This document shows, in pieces, positions 26,491 through 36,300 of a stretch of DNA of 52,978 nt (positions within the stretch are counted from its first letter, which is position 1; the number at the start of each line of letters is the position of its first letter). Position numbers and translations under genes: made by a program. This stretch comes from Myxococcota bacterium (GTDB taxonomy: Bacteria; Myxococcota; JACRCW01). Where the stretch lies: contig JBFMGU010000041.1 of NCBI GenBank assembly GCA_040752415.1, positions 1 to 52,978 of the forward strand, in the 5' to 3' direction. Below the pieces are notes generated by a model, which was not told the origin of the DNA, did no database searches, and saw only the letters and a program-made list of their open reading frames with translations.

Positions 26491-26509
26491 TCTTTCGTCC
26501 CCACGGCGC

Positions 26510-29500
26510 CTACTTTGTGACCGCGCCTGCAATCTCCAGCGTGGCCGCGCCCGTGCGCCCTTTGGCCCACGCCGCGTACATGTCCTGCACCGTGGCCGGT
26601 CCGGTGGTGAAGCTGCCCACGAACTGCGCACGCATCACGTAGCCAATCTCGCGCGTCTGCTCGCCCCAGGGTGAGGGTTCCTCGAGGAAGAAGGTCACGC
26701 GGTCCGGGCGGAACTCCCGCTGCTTCACCGTGTTGTGCGAGAGCGGCAGCGGGTCCGGGCCTCCGCGGTATTCCTTGTCCTCCTGCACCGGCACAAACCC
26801 CGCCGGCACCTGGTCCTCCACGACGTAGTACGCGCTGCGCCAGTCGCGATAACGCGCCTCGGGTGGATCGGTCAGGCGGAACCGAAGCGAGACGAAGACC
26901 ACGTCACCGCGCACCACCTTGTCGCCGGGGTTGAGCGCCACGCGGCCTCCCTCGCGCAGCACGTGGTAGCTCCGCTCAATGGCCATGCCGCTTTCCGACG
27001 GCGTCAGCGTGCGCAGCGGCGTGGTGACCTGCGCGGTCAACGACGCGGCGCCGTCAAAACCCTGCACCGTGACCGTGCCCGGCGCGCCGCCGCCCAGCTC
27101 ACCCAACAGCGCACCGCCTTCGCGACGGAACTTGACCTCGCGCGCGGTTCCCCCGACGAGAACCGTCGGCGGTGCCGCGTCCTTCATGCGCTTGATGTCG
27201 CGCTCGATGAGCCACTGGCTGTGCAGGAGGAGCGTGCTGCGGTCCAACGTGGACAGCGTATCCCGCGCCGCGAGCGCGCCGAGCAGTCGCCGACGCACTT
27301 CATTCTCCCGAGCGTCATCCATCTGACCCGCACGCGCCGTTGCATGGGCCGCCACGGCGGAGACACCGATGCTCCGAAGCGGGAAGCGCCAGAACCACGA
27401 CGAGTCCGTCGGCCTCCAATCCGCCAACATGGCCTCCCGCGCGCGAGTCACCGCCGACACCAGCTTCTGCTGGACCGCCTCCTCCTTCGCCACGCCTGCG
27501 TGTTCCGCGGCCAGCGCAGCCAGGGCGCTCCCATACCCATCCAACTGCTCCGACGAGTCCAACAGCTGACGCACCAGCGGCGCCGCCTTCTCGCCGGTGA
27601 GACGCGCGAGCACATAGACCCGTAGCGGAGCGTAGTAGGAGCCGGCGTCGTTCTGGGCGGTGAGCCACTTCACTCCCGACGTCACCCGGGGTTCATCCGC
27701 GGGAATCACGCCGGCCTCTACCGCGTACGCCAGCCCATCCAGCGCAATGATTGTCAGCGGCAGGCTGGGCTGCGTCTCGCCGTTGAACCAGGTGAATCCG
27801 CCCGTCGGCAGGGAGAGGGAAAGGATTCGCTCGATTCCTTGACGCGCGCGACTGTCCGCTTCCTCGAGGAGCGCACGCGACGCCGGGTCGACCTTCTGCA
27901 TGCCACCGGCGAGCTGCAGCGTCCGGATGACGGCGAGGTTCGGCACCGTCGTCGCCACGAGCTGTTCCAGGCAGCCATACGGATACGTGAGCAGGTCACG
28001 CACCGTCAGCAGCGCGGCCCCCAACGCGGAAGGCATCAGGCTCAACGTCGCCGACGTCACCGTGGCACCTTGCGGCGCCTTGAGGTCCAGCGGCGCTGCT
28101 GCCCAGCCCGCCACGTTGACGGTCTCACTGAGCACGCCCGGCTGCACCGGGATGTTCCGCACGTCGCGACGCTGCACCTCCTTGTCAGCCACCGCCACAT
28201 CCAGCCGCCCACTTCCCGTCGAGGTGGCCTTCACCTGGAGTGGCCAGAGCACCTCCATCTCCTGGCCCACCTCCAACGTCTCCGCCTTCTCCAGCTTCTC
28301 CAGCGCGCCGCCCGCGGCAATGCGCAGCTGCACACCCGGGCGCGGAGCCTTCTCGGTGTTCGAGAGGCGCACGGAGATGTTGGCGACGTCACCCTCGCGC
28401 AGGAACTGGGGCAGCGTGGAAGCCACGGCAAATCCGGTGCGCGCCGAGAACTCCGCACGTCCCTCACCAAACCGTCCCGAGGCATCCGCGGCAATGGCAC
28501 TCACGTTCCACAGCGTCTGGTTGGAGGGCAGGCGGAATGTCACCGTCGCGTTGCCGGAGCCATCCGTGACGACGCCACCGCTCCAGAACGCGGTGTCGCG
28601 CTCGTCCTTGGAATGCAGCTTCGTGGGCGGCTTGATGGCGGCGAAGTCGAAGCCCTTGCCCCGCAACAACATGCGCGCCAGCTGCTCGCCGTAGCCGTAA
28701 CCCTGGAAGTCCGCGCTGTAGAAGTCGGAGGCGCTGTTGCGCTGCAGCGGGTAGAAGAAGTCCAGGATGGACGGCTTGAACTCCGGCTGCAGGGCCAGCA
28801 CCGCCTTGTCGACGACGGAGATGCTCACCGAGGCGGGCACGCCTTCCCCGCGATGGTCCGTCACGCGCAGGCGCAGCGTCTGTTCCGTCATGGGCTGGGC
28901 TTCCATGACCACCGGCTGCACTTCCACCTTCAGCACCTTGCGCGTGGGAATGATGCGGAACGGCACCGTCTGCGCCTCCCACCGCCCGTGACGACCGGGG
29001 AACGCCAGCTGCGCGTGCACCGCCGTGCCAAAGCGCTCCTCGGTGGTGAAGGTGTGGAGCAGGGTGTTGCCCCTCACGTCGAGAACACGGCTGTCATGGA
29101 TGCGCGCGCCGCTGAGGGTGACCCAGACCTTCCCTTCATTCTTCCCGTCGGGGCCCCAGCCCTCGGGCAACAACGCAACCAGGCGCGCATCACCGTCGAC
29201 GTCGACCGTGCTGGACAGGGACTCCGCGGTCAGCGCCACCACGCGCGCCACGGGCTCCCCCGCCGCTCCCGTCACCAGCACGTCGGTTTCACCGGTCCAG
29301 GGCTTGCCGCGTTTGTCCTTGAGGGTGACCGCAGCGCGCAGCCTGCCCGGTCCAGTGCGCGGCAGGTTCACGCGTGCCACCGCGTCGGGACCGAAGGTCA
29401 GGCTGGTGCGCGAAGCTTCCTGCACGTCGCCGTCGGCTTCTTCCAGCACGAACACCACGTCGCCACTCGCGCCATCATAGGAACCGCCGGAGAGCGTCAC

Positions 29501-31285
29501 GCTGCGCACCGCCAGCATCGGCGTGTCCATGGGACCGGCGCCCCAGGTCACGAGCTTGGTGTTGAGGGAGAGCTGACCCTGAACCTCGCTCTCAGCGAGG
29601 AAGAACGTGCGCGAGGCGTTGGCCATGGAGCCTTCCGAGTCCCGCGCCCGCACCACGAGCGAATACTTCCACGCAATGCGCTCCTCTCCGGCCTCCAAGG
29701 CGGGCACCTGCACCTCAATCTGCGCTTCGCCGTTCTCGTCGAGGAGCTCGGCGCTTGCCCACGGGTCGGCGGAATCCAGCGTGCCGTCCTCCTGGCGCCG
29801 GGCGGCCGTGGAATAGAGTCGTTGCGGCACACTGAGCGCACCCTCGTTCGTCGACGAGGACGTGTAGGTCACCGCACTTCCCTTCCCACCGAGCCCGGCA
29901 TCATCCACCCACGCCGGCGTGTCGACCTGCACGCGATAGAGGAACACCTCGTAGCGCGTGTGCAGCGGCACCCCGCCCGCGTAGCGACGCGCACGGATCT
30001 TCGCCTTGATGCTCTCTCCCGGCGTGATGCCCTCGCGCTCCGGCATCAGCTCCACGAAGAACGTTGGCTTCACATAGTCCTGCACCCGCGCCTCGCTGCC
30101 ATGCACCGCGTCGTCGACGACGGCACGCAGTCGCATCACTCCCGGCGGCGCGTCCTTGGGAATCTTCAGCTCCCCGGAGAATGCGCCGTAGCGGTCCACC
30201 GGGACCTTCACCGCCTTCCCCGCCGCGTTGGTCCCCACGACGAGCTGCACCGACACCTGCCGCTTGTCCGGGAAGAACAGCCGCGCCAGCGCGCTCCCGG
30301 GCTCACGCATGATGCCGCGGAAGGACGCGGTGTCGCCGGGCCGGTACAGGGGACGGTCGGAGTACAGGTACACGTCGGGAGTGATGGCCAGGCTGGAGTA
30401 GTAGTCGGTGTCCACCACCGCGAGATCCTCGCCGGACTGGCACGTGATGAGCAGACGCGGGGTGCGGATGTCCTCCATCAACACCTCGCCATTCGCGTTT
30501 GTCGTCGTCCGCTGGATGATGCGGTCGCCGTCGCGCACCACCACCTGCACCTCGCCGCGCGGGCGCTTGTCACGTCCCGCCACGCGCACCAGGACCTGGT
30601 CGTCGGTCTGCTTGGCCTGCACGGTGAGGTCGGTGACGACGAGCGTGACCTGGCCTTCCACCGTTCCCTGCACCAGCTGAACCACGTAGAGGCCCACGGG
30701 CAGCCTGGGCAGCTCCACCTGCCGCTGCTGCACGCCACCGCGCCAACCGAACCACTCATTGAAACCGGGAACGCTGTAATCCTGGTCCGCGCCGCCGAGG
30801 TCGAGGTTGAGCCATTGCCGGTGCACCACCTCCATGCTCGACGGGGAGCCGATCAGTGTCGAGGGTCCCTCACGAAAGCGCGCCAGGGGCGCATCCGCGT
30901 TGAGCGCCTGGGAACGCGTGCGCTCCGGGAACGCCTCCGACGTGGCGCGACGGAACTCCGGGTCCAGCGCATCCAGGAACGTGCCGCCCGGCGAGCGCAC
31001 GTTGTTGATCCCGCGCCACAGGGCCGCCGCTGGATTTTCCTCCTTGCGCGTGGGCGTGTACGCACGTCGGAGATTGGCCTGCGCGGCCAGGAACGCTTCC
31101 CGGTCGCGGGGCTTCATCACGCGCATCTCGACGGGCGCGCGCCCTTCAAACGCCACCTCCACCGTCGGCGCCTCGTCACTGCCAAAGGTACGCGGCACGG
31201 TGAGGTAGAGGGGCTTGGCCTGCGCGAGGCTCGTCGTGAGAACCGCGGCAAGCAGCACCAGGGATGGACGCATTCTGGTCTTCAT
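26510..31285 (-). CDS. Bacterial alpha-2-macroglobulin (YfaS/MagD-type locus) with thioester motif
   Basis: Signal peptide; YSDRPLYRPGD; DYVKP; DTAFW; PQFLREGD; YPYGCLEQ; C-terminal DMY motif; about 1590 aa. Confidence 0.95.
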   Translation of the reverse strand: MKTRMRPSLVLLAAVLTTSLAQAKPLYLTVPRTFGSDEAPTVEVAFEGRAPVEMRVMKPRDREAFLAAQANLRRAYTPTRKEENPAAALWRGINNVRSPGGTFLDALDPEFRRATSEAFPERTRSQALNADAPLARFREGPSTLIGSPSSMEVVHRQWLNLDLGGADQDYSVPGFNEWFGWRGGVQQRQVELPRLPVGLYVVQLVQGTVEGQVTLVVTDLTVQAKQTDDQVLVRVAGRDKRPRGEVQVVVRDGDRIIQRTTTNANGEVLMEDIRTPRLLITCQSGEDLAVVDTDYYSSLAITPDVYLYSDRPLYRPGDTASFRGIMREPGSALARLFFPDKRQVSVQLVVGTNAAGKAVKVPVDRYGAFSGELKIPKDAPPGVMRLRAVVDDAVHGSEARVQDYVKPTFFVELMPEREGITPGESIKAKIRARRYAGGVPLHTRYEVFLYRVQVDTPAWVDDAGLGGKGSAVTYTSSSTNEGALSVPQRLYSTAARRQEDGTLDSADPWASAELLDENGEAQIEVQVPALEAGEERIAWKYSLVVRARDSEGSMANASRTFFLAESEVQGQLSLNTKLVTWGAGPMDTPMLAVRSVTLSGGSYDGASGDVVFVLEEADGDVQEASRTSLTFGPDAVARVNLPRTGPGRLRAAVTLKDKRGKPWTGETDVLVTGAAGEPVARVVALTAESLSSTVDVDGDARLVALLPEGWGPDGKNEGKVWVTLSGARIHDSRVLDVRGNTLLHTFTTEERFGTAVHAQLAFPGRHGRWEAQTVPFRIIPTRKVLKVEVQPVVMEAQPMTEQTLRLRVTDHRGEGVPASVSISVVDKAVLALQPEFKPSILDFFYPLQRNSASDFYSADFQGYGYGEQLARMLLRGKGFDFAAIKPPTKLHSKDERDTAFWSGGVVTDGSGNATVTFRLPSNQTLWNVSAIAADASGRFGEGRAEFSARTGFAVASTLPQFLREGDVANISVRLSNTEKAPRPGVQLRIAAGGALEKLEKAETLEVGQEMEVLWPLQVKATSTGSGRLDVAVADKEVQRRDVRNIPVQPGVLSETVNVAGWAAAPLDLKAPQGATVTSATLSLMPSALGAALLTVRDLLTYPYGCLEQLVATTVPNLAVIRTLQLAGGMQKVDPASRALLEEADSRARQGIERILSLSLPTGGFTWFNGETQPSLPLTIIALDGLAYAVEAGVIPADEPRVTSGVKWLTAQNDAGSYYAPLRVYVLARLTGEKAAPLVRQLLDSSEQLDGYGSALAALAAEHAGVAKEEAVQQKLVSAVTRAREAMLADWRPTDSSWFWRFPLRSIGVSAVAAHATARAGQMDDARENEVRRRLLGALAARDTLSTLDRSTLLLHSQWLIERDIKRMKDAAPPTVLVGGTAREVKFRREGGALLGELGGGAPGTVTVQGFDGAASLTAQVTTPLRTLTPSESGMAIERSYHVLREGGRVALNPGDKVVRGDVVFVSLRFRLTDPPEARYRDWRSAYYVVEDQVPAGFVPVQEDKEYRGGPDPLPLSHNTVKQREFRPDRVTFFLEEPSPWGEQTREIGYVMRAQFVGSFTTGPATVQDMYAAWAKGRTGAATLEIAGAVTK

Positions 31286-32901
31286 GAGCGGAACCCCTCC
31301 CCCACCAGCGCCTGGCCTTGCAGCCGCGCCTTCATCCCCACCACCGGGAGCGCTTCCAGCAGACGCTGGGCTTCCTTCATCTCGGCGGACATGTCCTTCC
31401 CCATCCTTCCACCAGACTGCGCGTATCCGTCCTCGGTGAGCTGCCACAGCACGCGACCCGCATGGACGGAGAACTGCATCGCCGAGGGGGCCTTGAATCC
31501 GTTCACCACCGGGCCCGCGGCGTGACCCATGTTCGGCAGCTTGCCCGCGCAGGTCTGCTCGAGCCGCTGCAGCATTCCGTCGGAAGTCGCCAGGATCACG
31601 TGACCGCACGCCTCCCCGCGCACCAGCCCGCCATCGACGGAAAACAGCGCGTGCAGCGCGTCCTTGTCCTCGGGCCTTCCCCACAGCAGCGCCGCCTCCA
31701 GCGCATCCGCGCGCGGATCCATCACCATGGTCACTTGTCGGGCCACCGCGTCGGCGGGGATGGCGCCCTTCCATGCTGCCAGCAGCGCCTCCCGTGTGAG
31801 CTCACGGGGCAACCGCAGGTTCAGCAGCAGCGCAACCCCGGTGGACTCCGGCACCAGCTTCATCAGGTTCTCCGACGCCGCGGCCTCCGCCAGTCGTCCG
31901 GGAGTCTTGACGCCGCCCCACAGGCCACGCGGCGCCAGCGCATCCTCGACGACAGCGAACCCCATGCGCACCACCGGGCCCAGGCCCAGCACTTCCGAGA
32001 GCACCTCCGGTTCACGACCCAGGTTGGTCGGCATGACCGCCACGTCGAGGGGAAGGCCGTCATGTTGTTGCATGGGCGGCAGCGTGGTGCAGAGCGCGGT
32101 GAGGACGGGAGAAGGACCCGTGCCCAGGATGAGCTGGTTGTCGCGCCAGGCGGTCCACAAGCGGGTCTGCGCAATGTTGATGGTGTGCATGGTGAACGGA
32201 CCGGAAGGCTGCACCGGCGCCGCGACAATGACCGCGGGCCCTCCGTCGGGATTCGCGGCGGGTTCCTCGTCGGAGATGGCGGGGCAGCGTTCCGCGGTGA
32301 CCTCGGTGCTGTTCACCGCCTTGAGGGCCTCCAGCACGCGGCGCGCGGACGAAGGCGGATCATCCATGATCAGCGCCGGCTCCCCGCGCGAGGAGTGCCC
32401 CTTGAACCACACCACGCGGAAGGGACGGGTCAGCACCTCGCTTAGCAGCACGTCGGCAAGCGCACCCTTGAGCTGCGTCTTCAGGTCCTCCGCGCGCGAG
32501 CCCAGCAGCGCCGCCCACGACCCGAGGAAACCGCGCCCCAGCGCGCTCTCCCGCGCTTCCTTCGCCCACGCGTTGCGGTCCCACACCGCCTTCACCGCCT
32601 GCGGGTCATGCACCTCAATCCACATTCCGGGCGAGGCGAGATAGCCGGTGGGCGAATACGTTTGCGGCTTGTTCTCCTCGCGCGCCGCGGCTTCCCGTTC
32701 CGCCGTGACGCCATCGGTCCCCGTTGCAGGCGTGGTTCCCGTCGTCGTCGAACCGGTGCCCGTGGTCCTGGTCTTCACCGCCTGGTCACGCGGCGCGGGG
32801 GGCGAAGGCAGCTTCATCAGCCCGAACGCCACCAGCACGAACAGGACGAGGCCACCCGCGAACTTCATGCCCGCTGGAGTCGACGGCGTCTTCTCACTCA
32901 T
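31282..32901 (-). CDS. YfaA-like (DUF2138-position) membrane-anchored protein of the macroglobulin operon
   Basis: N-terminal TM helix; overlaps both neighbours (translational coupling). Assignment rests mainly on synteny. Confidence 0.6.
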   Translation of the reverse strand: MSEKTPSTPAGMKFAGGLVLFVLVAFGLMKLPSPPAPRDQAVKTRTTGTGSTTTGTTPATGTDGVTAEREAAAREENKPQTYSPTGYLASPGMWIEVHDPQAVKAVWDRNAWAKEARESALGRGFLGSWAALLGSRAEDLKTQLKGALADVLLSEVLTRPFRVVWFKGHSSRGEPALIMDDPPSSARRVLEALKAVNSTEVTAERCPAISDEEPAANPDGGPAVIVAAPVQPSGPFTMHTINIAQTRLWTAWRDNQLILGTGPSPVLTALCTTLPPMQQHDGLPLDVAVMPTNLGREPEVLSEVLGLGPVVRMGFAVVEDALAPRGLWGGVKTPGRLAEAAASENLMKLVPESTGVALLLNLRLPRELTREALLAAWKGAIPADAVARQVTMVMDPRADALEAALLWGRPEDKDALHALFSVDGGLVRGEACGHVILATSDGMLQRLEQTCAGKLPNMGHAAGPVVNGFKAPSAMQFSVHAGRVLWQLTEDGYAQSGGRMGKDMSAEMKEAQRLLEALPVVGMKARLQGQALVGEGFRS

Positions 32902-33484
32902 GGGACCACTCCTTGAAACGGTAGAAGCCGAGGAAGGATGGATTGTCGGCGCTGGGAATCCACTCGCGCGGCGCGTCGCGGACCAGGTTGCGCAGCGCAC
33001 CGGCGCGCATGCCCTTCTCCGGGTCTCCGCTGTGATACACGACGAGGAGCTGGTGCCGGTCCGCGCCGGTGGGCCGCACCACGATCATCAGGTGGAATGG
33101 CGCCGCAAAGGCATCCACACCCGACGCCACCTGGCGGAAGGCCAGCAGGTCACCGGTGCGCAGCGTCTCCTGCGTCGCTTCGTCCCGCCCCAAGAAGACG
33201 AAGTTGTGACGAAGCAGCGTCTCCGCGTCGGCGAAAGGCACCTTGCGTCCCGTCCCGTCGCGCCACAGCGGTTCCGAGGACGCGGCGAAGCGCTGGAAGG
33301 ACTCCCGGTACGCGAAACGGACCAGCCCGGCGCAGTCGCGTTGCTGGGGATGCCAGCGGGTATCCATCTGCTGCCACTGTCGCAACGCCACCGCGCCCAC
33401 TTCCTGGCGCAACAGGGCCTCGCTCGTCGGACCGGGGGCCAACGCCAGCAGGGGCAGGATGATGAACGCACGCGCCCAGCGCAT
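32894..33484 (-). CDS. YfaT/DUF1175 family protein (NlpC/P60-like)
   Basis: QRDCAGLVRFAYRE, GDLLAF, HLMI, YHSG, WIP..DNPSFLGFYR. Confidence 0.88.
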   Translation of the reverse strand: MRWARAFIILPLLALAPGPTSEALLRQEVGAVALRQWQQMDTRWHPQQRDCAGLVRFAYRESFQRFAASSEPLWRDGTGRKVPFADAETLLRHNFVFLGRDEATQETLRTGDLLAFRQVASGVDAFAAPFHLMIVVRPTGADRHQLLVVYHSGDPEKGMRAGALRNLVRDAPREWIPSADNPSFLGFYRFKEWSHE

Positions 33485-33493
33485 GGTCTTCCC

Positions 33494-34423
33494 TCACTCG
33501 CCGCCGTAATCCGAGGTACCTGCAAGCTGCTTCGCCGCTTCGGCGAGATTCGTGGGCCATACCGCGGGGTCCGGGGGCGGGTCCTGTCCGGGGACGTAGA
33601 GGAGCGCGCGTCCCTCCCCCAGCACGTTGATCCACATGAGCTCCTTGGTGGTGCCCTGGGTGGCCAACGGCACCTGCACCCGACGACGGACCTCCTGCGG
33701 CGTGCCCTCGAAGAGCGTCACGTTCAACGTGGCCAGGGTGTGCGCCTTGTCGCCCGAGGGCCAGTAGTTGGTGGCCACCAGGTACACGCCCGCGGGCGGG
33801 CTCCGGTGGACATAGAGATAGGGTCCATAGCCCGGCTGGTCGAAGTCCCCCTGCTGCTCATTGAGGTAGAACGTCCCGCCCGACGGTGACGACGTGTTGG
33901 CCCAGTAGACATGCGGCATGCTGCCCGGCTCCAGCTTGCCGTCCTTCACCGCGTCCTTGGTGGGCTCGTAGATGTGCAGGTCGGTGTAGACGCCGTCGGT
34001 GTCGCTGGTGAGGATGACCTTCATGGGCACCGCGGGAATCTCCGCGTAGCTGGTGGCCTGCGCGGTGGCGGTGCCGGCCTGGTTGGTGGCCATCACCGTG
34101 ACGACGTTCTTGCCGCGCGCCGCGGGAAACTGCCGACTGAAGCGGCCATTGGTGGTGCGCAGCAGGTAACGGTCGCCGTTGATGGAGACGAGGACGGGGT
34201 TGACGGTGGGGTCGCTGCACGTGCCGGCCACCGTCAGCATGCGGCCCACGGTCCATCCACCTTCCGGCGCGGTGAGCTTGATGGTGGGAAGTGACTTGCC
34301 CTGTCCCTTGGGGACACCCACCTCGCGCGGAGGTGAGACCGCGGGCTCATCCGCGCGGGTGATGGTGGTTGCCAGCGCCAGTCCCGCCACGAGGACGGCG
34401 GGGGTGCGGCGTGCAATGCGCAT
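33494..34423 (-). CDS. YfaP/DUF2135 family protein
   Basis: Signal peptide, Ig-like domain, VILTSDTDGVYTDLHIYEP, GYGPYLY, GVYLVATNYW. Confidence 0.82.
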   Translation of the reverse strand: MRIARRTPAVLVAGLALATTITRADEPAVSPPREVGVPKGQGKSLPTIKLTAPEGGWTVGRMLTVAGTCSDPTVNPVLVSINGDRYLLRTTNGRFSRQFPAARGKNVVTVMATNQAGTATAQATSYAEIPAVPMKVILTSDTDGVYTDLHIYEPTKDAVKDGKLEPGSMPHVYWANTSSPSGGTFYLNEQQGDFDQPGYGPYLYVHRSPPAGVYLVATNYWPSGDKAHTLATLNVTLFEGTPQEVRRRVQVPLATQGTTKELMWINVLGEGRALLYVPGQDPPPDPAVWPTNLAEAAKQLAGTSDYGGE

Positions 34424-34636
34424 GGGTTTCTCCCCGGGTCACGTCAGGCGACCCCCAGCATGGATGCGCCTGCCACTGAGTACAAGACGCCGTGCTCCGC
34501 GTGGTGTTCCCGGCGCCCCTTGACGTTGGCACCGGAAGGCACACGCGGATCCGCCTCGTGACGAACGAACCCCGCGCGGGATTCATGCGCCGTCGCCGAC
34601 GTGTCCTACATCGTCTTGCACGGGAGGGGTTGCGCT

Positions 34637-35629
34637 TCAGTCGCCGCGCACCTGCCGACCCAGCGCGCCGTCATAGGTGCGGGTGGTCTTGAACAGCTCC
34701 AGCTCACCGCTCCTGGCCTCGCGCGCCACGCGGTCCCGCAGCGCCTGCATCTCCTGGGGCGACATGGGACGGAAGGTGCGCGCAATCTCCAGGTTCTGTC
34801 GCAGCACCTGCAACGAGTCGATGCCGCTGACCAGCGCGGCAATGGGAAGGCTGAGCACGTAGCGGATGGCTTCCTGCGGCGTCACCAGGCCCCGTCGCAC
34901 CGGGTCGCCGGCGCCGCCCAGGCTCTTCATGCCAATGGCGCCCATGCCGCGCCGGTTCACCTCGGGGAGCACGTGCTTCTCGAAGCTGCGGAACGTCCCG
35001 TCAAAGACGTTGAGCGGCATCTGCACGGTGTCGAACGCATACCCGCGACGCAGCATCTCGCGGTGGATGTCCGGGTGCTTGTGACCGGTAAATCCCACGA
35101 AGCGCACCTTGCCCTGCTGCCGCGCGCGGTCCAGCGCCTCCAACACGCCACCTTCCGCATAGTGCAGGTCGGGATCGTCGTGACGGATGACCTCGTGCAC
35201 CTGCCAGAGGTCCAGGTGGTCGGTGCCCAGCCGGCGCAGGGAATCCTCGAGCTGTTGCATGGCCACGTCGGCATTGCGCCCGTGGGTGCAGACCTTGGTC
35301 ATCAGGAACACCTTTTCCCGACGTCCCTTCAACCCGCGCCCCATGATCTCCTCGGCGCGGCCGTTGGCGTATTCCCAGGCGTTGTCCATGAACGTGATGC
35401 CCCCATCCACGGCCTCCTGCACAATCCGGATCGCGTCGCCCTCGTCCTGGACCACGCCCAGGTGGGCGCCGCCGAGGGCCAGGATGGAGACTTCGACGCC
35501 GGTGCGCCCCAGGGGTCGTCGTGGGACCTCCCCGTTCACCAGCGGCGCAGCGGAGAGGCGGGTGCTGCCGAGCGCGGCGGTGGCAGCGGCTATCTTGATG
35601 AACGTGCGTCGAGTGGTCCTGCGTCCCAT
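34637..35629 (-). CDS. Aldo/keto reductase with Tat signal
   Basis: TRRTFIK twin-arginine motif; LGRTG, DNAWEY, MTK, SLRRLGTDHLDLWQVH. Confidence 0.93.
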   Translation of the reverse strand: MGRRTTRRTFIKIAAATAALGSTRLSAAPLVNGEVPRRPLGRTGVEVSILALGGAHLGVVQDEGDAIRIVQEAVDGGITFMDNAWEYANGRAEEIMGRGLKGRREKVFLMTKVCTHGRNADVAMQQLEDSLRRLGTDHLDLWQVHEVIRHDDPDLHYAEGGVLEALDRARQQGKVRFVGFTGHKHPDIHREMLRRGYAFDTVQMPLNVFDGTFRSFEKHVLPEVNRRGMGAIGMKSLGGAGDPVRRGLVTPQEAIRYVLSLPIAALVSGIDSLQVLRQNLEIARTFRPMSPQEMQALRDRVAREARSGELELFKTTRTYDGALGRQVRGD

Positions 35630-35754
35630 GACTTCTCCTTCCGTGCCTGGTGGTAACGAGCTCGCCCACCTCCCGCCTTCACCCAGGACGTCGTCACGGA
35701 ACTGGCGCGCGGTGATGCGGAGCGCCACGTCATGGCCATGCACGAGGAGGCAAC

Positions 35755-36288
35755 ATGCGCAGAGACGCCATCATCGTCGTCGTGATGCTGCTGGCCGCGC
35801 CCGCCGTGGCGCAGGAAAGCAAGAAGGAGAAGGCTCCCCTCGTCGAGCACCGGGTGGAGCTCAAGGATGCCAAGGGTGCCCCGGTGGGCACGGTCACGCT
35901 GACGGAGACGCCATCCGGTGTGCTCATCAAGGGGGACCTGCAGAACGTGCCGCCCGGCGTCCACGCCATCCACATCCACGACGTGGGCAAATGCGAACCA
36001 CCCTTCGAGTCCGCCGGCGGGCACTTCAATCCCACGCACAAGTCCCACGGCTACGAGCTGAAGGCCGGCCACCACGCGGGCGACCTGCCGAACATCACCG
36101 TCCCCGAGACCGGCAAGCTGCAGTTCGAGCACCTGGCGTCCGACATCACCATCAGCAAGGGCGAGTCCTCCCTGCTGGACAAGGACGGCGCGGCCATTGT
36201 GATCCACGCCTCGGCGGACGACTACGAGACCCAGCCCTCCGGGGCCTCGGGCAACCGCATTGCCTGTGGTGAGATCACGAAGAAGTGA
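35755..36288 (+). CDS. sodC: Periplasmic Cu/Zn superoxide dismutase
   Basis: Signal peptide; HAIHIH, SAGGHFNP, HAGDLPN, VIHA..DD, RIACG; RBS GAGGAGG. Confidence 0.95.
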   Translation: MRRDAIIVVVMLLAAPAVAQESKKEKAPLVEHRVELKDAKGAPVGTVTLTETPSGVLIKGDLQNVPPGVHAIHIHDVGKCEPPFESAGGHFNPTHKSHGYELKAGHHAGDLPNITVPETGKLQFEHLASDITISKGESSLLDKDGAAIVIHASADDYETQPSGASGNRIACGEITKK

Positions 36289-36300
36289 GCGCGTGGTGAC

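Noticed and set aside
27839..31525. 1228-aa plus-strand ORF and similar long antisense ORFs (810-2693, 24459-26570, 41716-43815, 50439-52196)
   Set aside because: These are antisense shadows of recognisable genes, expected in high-GC DNA, and carry no motifs of their own.
31286..31774. N-terminal extension of the macroglobulin ORF
   Set aside because: It overlaps the upstream gene in another frame; the signal peptide begins at 31285.
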